The notes: a model not told the origin generated them from the letters alone. Positions 11,235 through 23,290 are shown, counted from the whole stretch's first letter. The stretch: 60,450 nucleotides of DNA, filler included, from Porpidia crustulata (GCA_964255105.1; 8 parts of 8 records of this genome joined end to end with filler, not necessarily neighbours in it); one strand, 5' to 3'. Translations and numbers: made by a program.

Positions 11235-13294
11235 ATGGACCCTTCCAATGTCAAAAAGCAGAGTCTATCCGAAGAACCAAGATTCCTCGACTTTCCTCAT
11301 TTACCAGATGATGCCACAGATGCAGAAGGCAAGCCAAGGCTGAATAAATACTCTTCAACAATCACCAAGGACCATGACTTTCCTGGTGCCCAGGTAGGCC
11401 ATTCGGGCTTGTACATCGGAGCTTTCAGCGCCTGAAGGCAGTGCTGATGGATCGATGTAGGCAATGCTGTACGCTGCTGGTGTGCCGAATAAGGAGGCCA
11501 TGAAGAACAGGCCACAGGTTGGGGTAGCATCTGTATGGTGGGAAGGAAACCCCTGCAAGTACGAGGCGTCTTTCATACAATATCTTCTTACTTGCTGAAT
11601 CGTATACAGCATGCACCGTAAGTATCCTTCCGGGTTCAATGGTGAGTCACGAGCTTGGAGCCTGATACGAGATCTTTTACAGTACTGGATCTTGGGAGAA
11701 TAGTCAAAGAAGCCGTGGAGAAGCAGGGCATGCTAGCTTGGCAATACAACACCATTGGAGTTTCTGATGCCATAACTATGGGTGGTGAAGGTAGGTTCGA
11801 GAAGCTGACTGATCCATGATTCCTGTACTGAGCCGTCTAGGTATGCGGTTCTCCCTTCAGACAAGAGAAATCATCGCCGACAGTATCGAGACTGTAACAT
11901 GTGCTCAGCACCATGACGCCTGTATCACCCTACCGGGCTGTGACAAGAACATGCCAGGATGCGTTATGGCAATGGCCCGCCACAACAGACCGTCCTTGAT
12001 GATTTACGGTGGCACAATCGCCGTGGGATACAGTAACCTCCTTCGGAAGCCAATAAACATTTCAACTTGTTACGAAGCTTCCGGAGCGTACATTTACAAC
12101 AGTTTAGTCCAGCCAGAAGACGGCGGAGACAACAAGAAAACCAAGGACGAAATCATGGACGATATTGAGCAGCACGCTTGTCCAGGACCTGGTGCTTGCG
12201 GAGGGATGTACACGGCAAACACTATGGCCACAGCAATTGAAACGATGGGACTCACCTTACCCGGTTCTTCCTCAACCCCAGCTACCTCACCAGCTAAAAT
12301 GCGCGAATGCGCCAAAGCCGCTGAAGTCATTAGGATTTGTATGGAGAAGAACATTAAACCGCGCGATCTCATGACTAAGAGATCTTTCGAAAATGCAATG
12401 GTCATCACCATGGCCCTGGGCGGAAGCACCAACGGTGTTGTGCATTTCCTCGCAATGGCGGCTACGGCCGGTATCTCCTTGACACTGGACGACATTCAAC
12501 GCGTCAGCAACAAAATTCCATTCATTGCAGACCTCGCCCCATCTGGGAAGTATTACATGGCGGACCTGTACGACATCGGTGGAGTCCCGTCGGTCCAGAA
12601 GCTCCTGATAGCCGCTGGTCTCCTTGATGGCGGCATTCCAACTGTCACAGGTAGGACCCTCGCCGAGAACGTGGCCTCTTTTCCTTCTCTCGCACAAGAT
12701 CAAGTCATCATTCGTCCGCTGTCCAGTCCCATAAAGTCCACCGGACATCTCCAGATTCTACGCGGCAATCTGGCTCCAGGCGGTGCTGTTGCAAAAATAA
12801 CCGGAAAGGAAGGTACCAAGTTTGTCGGTAAAGCCCGTGTCTTTGATAAAGAGATTCAGCTCGATGCTGCTTTGAACTCCGGCTCAATAAAACATGGCGA
12901 AAATCTGGTACTGATTGTGCGTTACGAAGGCCCCAAAGGTGGTCCCGGCATGCCCGAACAGCTAAAAGCATCGGCAGCGCTCATGGGCGCAAAGCTTACG
13001 AACGTGGCCTTGGTGACGGATGGTCGGTACAGCGGTGCAAGCCATGGATTTATAGTGGGACATGTGGTGCCTGAAGCAGCCGTGGGCGGGCCTATCGCGC
13101 TCGTGAGGGATGGAGATATTATCACTATAAGCGCGGAGACGAATGAGATCAGTATGGACGTCAGTGACGGTGAAATTGCTTTACGAATGAAGGATTGGAG
13201 AAGGCCTAGAACAACAGTCACAAGGGGTGTGTTGGCGAAGTATGCGCACTTGGTGGGCGATGCAAGTCATGGAGCAGTGACAGACATGTTCTGA
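11235..13294 (+). CDS. ILV3: Dihydroxy-acid dehydratase (IlvD/Edd family), second fungal paralog type, 4 introns
   Basis: Spliced AQAMLYAAG...WWEGNPCN-MH-LLDL; TIGVSDAITMG; PGCDKNMPG; GACGGMYTANTM; LVTDGRYSGASHG. Introns 11394-11460, 11559-11609, 11618-11682 and 11791-11840. Confidence 0.95.
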
Positions 13295-13716
13295 TGTTCG
13301 TAGGAAAAGATTGGTTAAATTGAAAAGATGTGACAGATCATGAAGTCAGCGTAAGAGATGCCCGTGCGTGGGAGTGTGAGATCTGATACAAGAGAATACT
13401 TCTGTCGCAAAGAAAGACAATCATTGCGAATCTTCCGATTAAAGATATATACTGGAGGAATCTAGTCCATAATTTGACTGATAAGCTGCACCGTAGACGA
13501 TTATCTTTGAATTTCATACGTAGATGGTCTCCGCTGGAACTTAGCTTGCTGTGCAGTGATAGGAGATTCTAAACTGGGTTAGACTCCAGGTTAAGCGAGC
13601 ACACACTTGGAATTTCGAGACCCGCAGGACCCATACCCACCAAGCGTAACGCCTAACTTTACTTGCAATACATCAAGCACCGCTGCGACTGCTAAGGTTC
13701 ACCAAGTCCCGCAATC

Positions 13717-14676
13717 ATGACTGGGGGTGTCAGTGTTCGCGATGTTGACGTGAGTAATCCTTCTGTCCACCTTGTCTAAGGAGAGAGAAGCCGACGGAGT
13801 GACCAATCGATGCTACACCGCACGGAGAAATGCTGTCCAAGGACAGCCTTCTTGGAGCATTTCAGTCAGAGGATAGAAGGGCTCTATAGAAAGATTGGAT
13901 GGCTGATGAAATGTTCAACTTGTAGGCGCAGAAATTCATAAATGCATACTCGGCCTTTTTAAAGAGACAAGGAAAACTACCAATTCCAGGTTCGTCGGCA
14001 AAGCAAGTCCTTGACTGTCGCTGGAATATCGAACAGCGGATGGAGAAGGAAACCGCTAAATACATCATCGATTCCTAGGTTGGGTCGACACTGTCAAAAC
14101 CTCGCCATCAAAAGAGCTTCCCCCTCAATCCATCGACTGGTATTGCCCCCTCCATCCTACAACCACATACTCCAATATGTCCACCCTGACTTGTATGTTT
14201 GCTGGCGAATCACCTAATACTTCCAATTACTAGGTTCTACACCCGTGCCGCCTCGGTCGCCCGACATATTTACCTCCGCAAAACCGTTGGCGTCGGCCGT
14301 CTACGAAAATATCACGGCAGCACAAAGAACCGCGGTTCGAGACCCTCGCATCATGTTGATGCATCGGGTAGCGTCGATAGGAAAGTGATGCAGGCGTTGG
14401 AGAAAATCGGGGTGTTGGAGCAGGATGAGGAGAAGGGGGGAAGGAGGATCACGCAGAGTGGACAGAGGGATTTGGATCGTAAGTCTAGCCTTTTACTTCT
14501 ACAAGGGAGCTCAGATGCAATTCTCAGGCCTAAGCCATTCACCTGCATGGAGGACGCGACAGAAGAAGTTATGAACATGTTGGTCACACAAAACCAGACC
14601 GCTAACACAAAATCTCCGTGTAACAGGAATCGCACAAACCACCATCGAAGAGAGCGAAGACGAGGACGAGGAGTAA
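13717..14676 (+). CDS. RPS19: 40S ribosomal protein S19 (eS19), 4 introns
   Basis: MTGGVSVRDVD|AQKFINAYSAFLKRQGKLPIPG|WVDTVKT..KELPPQSIDW|FYTRAASVARHIYLRKTVGVG...GQRDLDR|IAQTTIEESEDEDEE*. Confidence 0.97.
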
Positions 14677-15062
14677 AGGGTAGGAGAACAACGGTCTGAG
14701 GATACTCATGCCGTTGTTCATACAAACCTCAACGCTGCATTAGACCAAAGAACCCTTCAAACATCCCCGCCGCCACTGTGAAACCGACACATCCGATCCG
14801 CATCCAGGGGCCCGTATCGTGCGATATCCAGACACGAGATTCTTCCATCGTGAAACCTGATAAACAGAGGCGATGTCTTATCATCAGCCGCAACCCGTGC
14901 CGTCGTGTGCCTCTCTCTCGTATCCAGGATTCTCCAGACTTCCTTAACCGACGGTCTGATCGTTCGCTACTGGATCCAGGCAGAACGAACCCTCTTCACA
15001 TGCTTTTCTCTTGCACTTTCGACGCACTCCATGACAGCGCGGTCGCGTCCCATGCACTAGAC

Positions 15063-15162
15063 NNNNNNNNNNNNNNNNNNNNNNNNNNNNNNNNNNNNNN
15101 NNNNNNTTAATTAATTAANNNNNNNNNNNNNNNNNNNNNNNNNNNNNNNNNNNNNNNNNNNN
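15063..15162. other. Artificial contig linker
   Basis: N44-TTAATTAATTAA-N44. Confidence 0.99.
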
Positions 15163-16479
15163 GTTTATTACGTTTTCGGGCAGGAAATGACCGCATACAC
15201 TGGCGCCACCGGGGGGAACGACGCGCGGGAGGCCGGTTGGCACGGGATTACAGAGGCGTAGGGATTCGGAGCATACGGCGTTGAGGAAGGGGAGGGCTTT
15301 CAGGGCGGCGAAGGTCATGTCAGAGTCGGAGGTGAATGAAGAGCGGATTTCGCGAACGAGTTTCTCGTACTCGACAGGGTTCTGGATGAGCTCGTTGGTC
15401 AAGCCGGAGAGGATGGTGGCCGTGGTCTCGCTGCCGGCGATGATGATCATTGAGAAGGTAGATTCAATTTCGCCGAGGCTCATCTTGTCGTAGTTGGTAT
15501 TGTTCTGCAGCACCGGAGTCATGAAATCCTCGCGCTTATCTTCGAGATTCATGCGCCGGTGGATCTTGTCGATGGCTTGTTTGAAATGGTCTCGCTGCAG
15601 TTTGCGGATGCTAGGAGGAAGAAGCAGCAGGAGAATGTTCTCAAAAGGCGGATAGTATCGCGTTGCTGTAGCGAATGTCATTCCTAGGTAGTGTCAAGGA
15701 TGATCAGTAGATCATGTCGGTTGGAGTTCTGAGGGAAAGGGGGCCAAGCCGGCCTACCTTTAAGGAAGAAAAAGATTGTGGACACCCAGGGATGGTATGT
15801 AGTATTCTCCAAGCAGCCAAAGGATTCCCCAAAGGCCAGGTCCCCAATCAAATCAAAGGTGAAAAAGTTGAACCATTTCACAACGTCAACCACAGGATCA
15901 CGGCCTTTCTGTTCCGAATCGTCGACCATGACCTCCAGCTTTTTCATAAGCAAGTCAATGTAAGACTGAATATGAGATTCCTGCTTCACCATGGCCTTTT
16001 CCGTAAAAGCAGGAGCCAGAAGCTTCCGCATGCGAGCATTATCGGCATCGTTTGTCGTTATAATCATACTCTCCGTCTGCCCCTCCGGCGTCTTGAAGAA
16101 CGTGGGATTCTTGGGGAAAGGCTTGGTTCCGAAAACGTCATGCCAGGCCTCCTCTTTGGCAAAGGAGAGCTCATTCGGGGCAATGCGTACAATGTCCCCA
16201 TACTTCTCGTGGAACGTCTTGACATCGGCAACAAAATTTCCCCGCAACAGCGAGATGACAAATCCTACACGATACGCGCACCAAAAGGGAGGCCCTTTGT
16301 ATCTAGCCAGAGGGTGGAAATGTAGGTTGTAAATGGCCTGGAGGACTAAGTACTGTATACGAAGTCAGCACAGCTCGAATTGATTCACGTGTCCGTGTCT
16401 CGCTTTCCCTTACCAGCAATAATCCGGCGCAAGAGAGGACTGCCCATGAAAGCAAGCCATTGGGCAAGCTGGACCACAT
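15163..16479 (-). CDS. Cytochrome P450 monooxygenase, secondary-metabolism type (Tri11/CYP65-like); C-terminus missing
   Basis: N-terminal anchor MWSSLPNGLLSWAVLSCAGLLL|YLVLQAIYNLHFHPLARYKGP; KYGDIVRIAPNELSF; FDLIGDLAFGESFGCL; I-helix AGSETTAT; ExxR (ESLR). The heme Cys lies beyond the contig end. Confidence 0.93.
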
Positions 16480-16900
16480 AGCGGCCGCCGTTGCATACAG
16501 AGTGCAAAGACGTTCAAAATATCGCGGAATCTTTCACTCAATCTTCACATTATGGCGGTAAAGGTGAGCATTGCCGCAGCACGGAGAATGATTCATGCTG
16601 CAAGGCGGCAAGAATTCGATTGTTTTGACTTTGAACGCTGAAACATCATTTGTGTAAGAGAAAATTGATTATAATGTTAAGAGTATCTAAATCTCCTGAT
16701 AGACTCTAGCATTTTCAAAAAAGCTTAGCGTCGTTCATTGATAGACAGCATCTAGGTCTCGAAAAATTACGTCGTTGGAATCAATTACCACGTTTAAAAA
16801 GTTACTAATCTAAACTAATTGGGTCAAGTGTTGTTATTTGCTAGGATCACAGCGGACAGCCTCGCATATAACCCTGAACCTGCATACAACAACGCTTAGA

Positions 16901-17749
16901 CTAAGATACATGCGATTTTGCCCGTTCTTGGGAAGCCAGACGCATGAAGATGACAGGATATAGCAGCTCGGCAAGTTCCGTTGCAACGAATAGAAAGATG
17001 GCGATAGGAGACCGGGCAAAGGGATAGTCATCAGGGTAGAAAGCGTAACGCCATTGGAAAAGTATAATCGGACATAGTGTTCCAATCCACCGGCACACCC
17101 TATTTTCCCACCACGTTATTGGTGTTGGATGGAGAAGGTGATGGGCTGAGCACTTACCAGATGGTCATTGACTGACCGCGAGTGTTTCCTCGGGATAGAA
17201 GCTGGGCAACGGAAGCCCAACTCAGAAGGACTTGACACCCAAAACCGGCCCAGAAGCAAGCTACGAAGGAATCTGCGAAGGAGAGGATGAATGCCCAGTG
17301 CATGGCGACCATGAGCACACTCCCAGCAAGGATCATTGGGCCAAGGTTTTGCGCGACCAGGGGCGCATGTTTCCATTCGTGGGGGCCGAATTTGATGGTT
17401 GCATAAACCAGTACCAAATCGATCAGAACCCATAAAATGAAGGTTATGGTCTCGGCCATGGATGGAGGATAGAAGAAGCCGTACATGATTTCCCAGCCAA
17501 GGTTTGCGCAGCTGACACGGACACACATGAGCTCCATGCGAACCTAGAACAACGAGGCTGAACTCACAGCGCAATCATAGGCATCCCGTAGGATTTGTCG
17601 CGAAAAGATTCCCGGATGTACAGGATGTACGCAATGCTCCAAAGGGAGCCCATGGTAAGAACCAGTCCATCCTGGACCCACAGAAAATGCAATGGTGGTT
17701 TGTTGACGGCATCGATTGGACTGAGGGGAAGATGGAACTGGAAACCCAT
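16901..17749 (-). CDS. Pyr4/PaxB-family integral membrane terpene cyclase, 2 introns
   Basis: Spliced ~245 aa multi-TM protein with W..AY, RDKSYGMPMIAL|CANLGWE, RGNTRGQSMTIW|VCRWIGT, all hallmarks of the family. Confidence 0.93.
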
Positions 17750-18449
17750 ATCGGTCTTCGGTGACATCTCAGGCAAAGGCTGTAGGAGTGAAACAGGCAC
17801 GTCGGTACTTGGGGCGTCTAGAAGGAAAAATCGAATACTAAGAGACCGTCATGCGGATAGATAGCAACTTCTCGAGGAAATGGAAGCCAGTGGGATGGCG
17901 ACATTTTCATCTCGTGCAGACAGGAGGCGTACCGCTACACGGGGCTGAGTTCTGCGAGTGATTATGATCCAGAACGCTATAGTGCTATCTGCTTGCCTAT
18001 ATCGCCATCGACCATGCCGCAGCCACAAAGCAGTCCGTTGCTGGCATGATTATCATACCGGCACTGGACGGAAGCTGTTGCTGACCGCACATTCTTGGCA
18101 TGGCCCTAATATCGAGTACAGTTAGACACCGTCGTGAGTGGTTCACCCTACCACCCTACGTGGCAACACACTAAACGTCAGACTTGTAGTCCCTAGGTAC
18201 TCCTGCGCCGCAGCCGCTGACTTCACACTTCTCGGGCCGGATCGGGTGGGGTGACGATCTGGGGTAGAAAACTTCAGACTCTCGCAAGAATCCTTGCGGT
18301 AGAGAGGTCGCCGGGTAAAAGACTTTGCATAGCGCTGGTGTGCAAAACCAGAACTGTACTGTAGTCCCTCTAACAGAACGCAATCCAGTCGATCTATGAA
18401 CACAACGTAATAGGCGAGAATACCCATGGATGATTGAAAGCTCAGACGG

Positions 18450-19424
18450 CTATAACCTTCTCAAATACTCTCCAAGCAAGCTCAAAAATTCGCCCCCTCC
18501 CACCAGCAGCGCGCCGTACTTGAACCACCACCAGCACGACGAAGGATTTCCAACGTCCACTGCCGCCACCATCTGAAAAAGTAGTACCGCTGTCCCAACG
18601 ACGCCAGTGTAAAACGCTGGCCCAGCACTTATCATCGCTCCGGTCAAGACAAGGAATCCCATTTGGATCAGTGACATGACAAAGAGAAACGGCTTGATGT
18701 GGTTCTTGTGTCGGATCGCCATGGACATGATCCCCGCCTGCATGTCATCCTCAATATCTTGAAATGCGTAGATTGTATCGTATGTTATCGTCCAAAACAC
18801 ATACGACAATGATAGCGCTAGCAGTCCCATGGTCGGTGGCGAAAGGCCCAGCTCTAGCGGAAATACATTCATCATGATACATCCAACAAGCGTGCCCCAG
18901 GAGAAAGTGAATCCGAGGACGATTTGAGCATAGCTAGTGATCCGTTTTGCAAAGGGGTAAAAGGTTCCCATGGCGATCAGTGGAGGTATGTAAGGCAGGC
19001 ATTGTGTGGAATTTCGGACCAAGAGGGCAAACAACATCAGATACTGGTTCGCAGTAAAGATATATGCGGTAGTCGGCGACAAGGCACCGCGAGCCATCGG
19101 ACGATTGCGGCATCGAGCCACTTTGCGGTCTAATTCTCGATCGACAATGTCATTCCAGGTGCAGCCGACACTTCGAAGAACGAAGGCCACGGCGAAAAGT
19201 TCAACATTCGCGAAGAACATCTGACTTGGAGCCGGGATTGGATTCGAAAGACAGGCAGCAAACAAGCTTCCGAACAGTAAAGGAAAATAAGTGTACATGA
19301 TTCCTGCTGGCTTGTGAACCCGCATGAGTTCGGCATAAGGAATCCATGCGGCTGGGAGGTAAGATAGAAAGCCTGTAGATGGCGAAGTGTATGGAGGAAA
19401 GGTAGGCAACTTTGCTGAAGACAT
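18450..19424 (-). CDS. UbiA-family aromatic polyprenyltransferase (meroterpenoid type, YanG/AusN/Pyr6-like)
   Basis: YAELMRVHKPAG; Asp-rich motifs NDIVDRELDRKVARCRNRP and YDTIYAFQDIEDD; YPFAKR; no mitochondrial presequence, unlike housekeeping COQ2. Confidence 0.93.
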   Translation of the reverse strand: MSSAKLPTFPPYTSPSTGFLSYLPAAWIPYAELMRVHKPAGIMYTYFPLLFGSLFAACLSNPIPAPSQMFFANVELFAVAFVLRSVGCTWNDIVDRELDRKVARCRNRPMARGALSPTTAYIFTANQYLMLFALLVRNSTQCLPYIPPLIAMGTFYPFAKRITSYAQIVLGFTFSWGTLVGCIMMNVFPLELGLSPPTMGLLALSLSYVFWTITYDTIYAFQDIEDDMQAGIMSMAIRHKNHIKPFLFVMSLIQMGFLVLTGAMISAGPAFYTGVVGTAVLLFQMVAAVDVGNPSSCWWWFKYGALLVGGGEFLSLLGEYLRRL

Positions 19425-20692
19425 GATGTTACGAGGTGATGCTCAGACGAGAAACATTGAGTTGCACCTGTCTCTGAAGACGTAGCCAAGCCAAGATTTC
19501 AAACAATACCCCACGTAAGAGCTAGAAGACTGGAAGAGAGCTGAAAGGGAGCATAGCGTGCCTATCATATGATATCACAGTTATGGGGCTCTGCTCTGTC
19601 CGGCATTCCACCGATGTCCAGCGCATCAGGAAGGTGTCGGACAGTGTGTAATAGTACTAGTCGTCTCACATAGTACCGGCGTCGGGTATGAGCAGGCTGA
19701 TAAGTCATGGGGAGATATGCCGGGCTGCGAATTGACTTTCTGCACATTTAGCATGAAACGAGGATGATGAGGGATTGACGAGACTTCTAGAATCAGTCTG
19801 TCGGTGAAGATTAGGTCGATAGGGATTCATGGCGTAATGGGCAGCTAGGGTAAGCACGTAAGGTAGACTGGTAGACTGAGCGTTGGATCAAGAAAGCGGT
19901 GCCCCTGTGACTCTACGGCACTTCTGCATCAATAGCGTATAGTAAGGCCCGCCATGCGTCGTCGGAAAACAAAGGATTGACATCCTGCCCTCTTAGTCGT
20001 AAATTATGATTCTCGCGTTATGAATAACCCGAAAGGTGGGGAGGGGGAGAGTCAGCGATGTAGAGACGGAAGTTTTCACAACTGCCTCTCTCCACTTCCC
20101 AAGGCACTCTCTGGCCTCAACAGTATTATCGCGATAGCCGATAGCAATCCCAAGCAGCAGTCAATTGTAGTATCCGAGGAAATGACCTAGATACAGATTA
20201 CAAAAGCTGAGGTGCAGCTGAAAGAAGGTCGTTCTTGATGGGGCACAGCAAGCAGCCAGTCAGCAAGTAGACAGTCTTGGCTACCTAAGTTCTCGGAGCA
20301 ATCTGCTTAATCGGTAACTTTATTGGTTGAGACTTTGTTGGCCCCATGAGATCGTCCAAACGAAAGCCGACGGCAGTGAGCGTACCTTTCCCAGATGACT
20401 GCATACCTTGTGGTAGTTCGATGCTGTGCCACCTGGTTTCACACACTTCTTGCCCATACACCAACTCTGAATTTCAATTGCTCTTGAATAGAGGCAGTGC
20501 AGCGTTTTGGCGGTCATGACTGTACTCAAGTCAGAGGCTAAGCAAGCCTCAAACTCCATCTATCTCGTCTCAGAGTCTAGATAACCTTTACATATACTCG
20601 TGGCTTCCATGTCCTCAATTGTCTTTCTTTCATCCACTAGATTTCGAATTCGTTGATATTTCACCGCATATTACTGCATCAGGGTTTTCGCT

Positions 20693-22021
20693 ATGCCTCC
20701 CATTGGTCCACCTCCTCCCGATGGAGACGTTCTCGGTGGCACTCCCATTATTGTCATACAGTCCATGTTCATCGCGATTGCAACATTGATTATAGCATTT
20801 CGATTGTATGTTCGAGTAAAAATCAGCCATGCCTTGGGTCTTGATGACTTCTTCATAGTATTCGCTTTGGTAAGGGGGCTTCATCTTTCTTCATCTTTGA
20901 AAGTACTCGATTAATTGTTCATCAAGGTCTGGTGCTGGGCGTTCTATATCGACACCATCGTTTTGGTCGACAATGGCGTCGGACGACATATCTACTATTT
21001 GTCGCGACACCAATTGAAAGTCTTTGCCAAAGCTGCCACCATCGGCTTTTGGATAATCACTCCCGCCACTGCTTGCTCGAGGATATCGATTGCGCTCTTC
21101 CTTCTACGTATCGTCAATCCTGGTCGGCGATGGAGATTATTCCTCTATGGCCTCGTTATCTTCATGGGAGTGACCTTCTTTGCCCAATTTATCTCGTCCA
21201 TTTTCGAATGCATTCCGGTGCAAAAGCAGTGGAACCCCTCTATTCCGGGTACCTGCTGGTCAGATAAAGCCTCGCACGCTTCCAGTTCTTGGCAAGGAAG
21301 TAAGTGCACGAAGGCGATTCTATTTCCGGGCTATGCAATAGCTGACACTGGTCTCCAGTATTCTCCGTTATTTGCGATTTCACACTTGCTCTCATACCCA
21401 TTGCATTCCTGTGGAATGTTCAAATCAGCTTGAAGCGTAAAATCGGAATCTGCCTGCTAATGGGTACCGGCGTGATGTAAGTGTTTCAGTAGAGACGTTT
21501 TGTCTCTTATGCTGATGAATTCCAAGAACTGGCATCTTCGCAATCCTGAGAACTATCGCTGCATGGAATCCTCCACTCCATGATCCCGATCCAACCTGTA
21601 AGTACACACTCTTATCCCGCACGTATTCTATCGAAGCTCGAGTACTAATCACAAATTACAGGGAACGCGATCAACGGAAGCATTTACGCCGCGTCAGTCT
21701 CCCCCACAACCGCCATCCTTATCTGACTTCCCCAATTAATATCATCCCAGACTCGAAGAGCACCTCCTCCTAATCGGCGCCTCCATCCCCGCCATCGCCC
21801 CCTTCTTCAAGACCGTCAGCCGCAACAACAACAAACCAAAGTACATACCCGATTACGAAAGGTCCGGCGCAAAGAAGCTCGTCTCGACCGACAAAAACCT
21901 GTCGGATGCGTATTCCAGCAGACATCCGTATGGATCCGCGACCACCGAGTCAACGACCAATACGTCCGGAGATCACGAAAGAATACCCGAGAGGGTTGCG
22001 ATGAATGACATGTATGCGTAG
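20693..22021 (+). CDS. PTH11-like/rhodopsin-domain integral membrane protein (no CFEM), 5 introns
   Basis: FRLYVR...LGLDD; GVGRH; RISIALFLLRI; CIPVQKQWNPSIPGTC; ICDFTLALIPI..LWNVQ..KRKIGICLLMG; EEHLLLIGASIPAIAPFF. Confidence 0.88.
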
Positions 22022-22639
22022 TGGGGGATCGTAGAACTTTCGTATGTTGGAAAATGGAGTAGGGAATCCTGATCTGGGTTGTAGGGTTCACAGATAGATA
22101 CCAGGGAGTTTGAGCAGGTTTGACGTTGAGCCGAATCCCAAACTTGGAACATCATATACATATAACAAACCAATCCAAATCATCACGCCCAAACAAAAAC
22201 AAACATCCCCTCGAAACTCCACCTCCCTTTCTCCCCTCCCTATAATCTCACCCCCGTGGGTTTCTTTTCATTGTTCGATTGCATATCTATCACGTCCATC
22301 ATACCTTTCCAATAAATCCCACATTTCCCCAAACCCAAACCCAAAACCCACCTAACACCCACATCTAGCTCATCAGAAGCGACACCACCAAACATGATAC
22401 CCACCTTCCTCGTCGCGACGTATGCATGAAAATCCATGGTCCCACAGATCCCTTCCTAGGTATAGCCCATGAATTACAAACTTTAGCTAGATCGATACAT
22501 AGGATAGATATAATAACAGTAATACCATCTCTCAAGCAATCCCGTCCACCCAAACTCTCAAGGAGCCTCAAAATTTACCCTCTCGGTCTCGACCCCGGAC
22601 AGCCCCCAACACCCCGCATATACACATACCCACCTACAC

Positions 22640-22739
22640 NNNNNNNNNNNNNNNNNNNNNNNNNNNNNNNNNNNNNNNNNNNNTTAATTAATTAANNNNN
22701 NNNNNNNNNNNNNNNNNNNNNNNNNNNNNNNNNNNNNNN
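22640..22739. other. Artificial contig linker
   Basis: N44-TTAATTAATTAA-N44. Confidence 0.99.
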
Positions 22740-22815
22740 CTACTATATTGAGATAACTGCTGAGGAGCCATATCCTCGTGTGCCATAAGGGCTGCCTATA
22801 TAGTCCTCAACCCTC

Positions 22816-22910
22816 ACGGCTCTACCGGCTCTACCGGCTCTACTGGCTCTACCCTGAGGACTGGTAGAGCTGGTAGAGCCGTTAGAGCTAACCGGGTCTA
22901 CTGGCTCTAC
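22816..22910. repeat. 9-bp (GGCTCTACC) tandem array in both orientations (foldback)
   Basis: Four direct copies at 22818-22853, inverted copies GGTAGAGC(T/C) at 22863-22882, and further degenerate copies to 22910. Confidence 0.85.
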
Positions 22911-23290
22911 TCGCATGTCCTAGTCCTGCAAGTAGAGCCCGCTAGGAATGATGGTTGTTCCGACCCGAAACCTTGTTACTAACTTCCTTGAGTATGGTTC
23001 GTAACAGGATGTGGTCATTTGAGGGGTAAATACGACTTTTGACACCTTGTGGTGGAACTCTACGTCCGAGGATTCAGTAAATATCATCATAAATTCATTC
23101 GATAACCTTACTATAGTAAACCGCGATGTTAGGTCACGATGCCGCGAAATCATCCTCCATATGCCCCTATAATGTTCCCATTGTACACATGGGCAATGCC
23201 CGACACTTGACACGGCTACGCTTACAACAGCCCTCAATTGAAACGCCAGGGCATATTATAACAACTATGTCGACAGTAAAGGTCCGTAAG

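Noticed and set aside
13750..13925. Intronic snoRNA in the long RPS19 intron
   Set aside because: The only TGATGA is at the presumed branch region near the 3' end, with no box C/D pair or terminal stem in the right order.
11235..19424. DHAD as self-resistance gene of the neighbouring terpenoid cluster (aspterric-acid-like logic)
   Set aside because: DHAD and the P450/cyclase/prenyltransferase genes are on different contigs separated by a linker, so the adjacency is artificial.
20693..22021. PTH11-like gene as a definite member of the meroterpenoid cluster
   Set aside because: It is divergently adjacent on the same contig, but the family is large and scattered, and the sequence gives no evidence of membership.
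22330..22639. Possible gene relic on the minus strand (FMGYT*EGICGTMDFHAYV...)
   Set aside because: Short, interrupted by stops and not assignable to a family without a database search.
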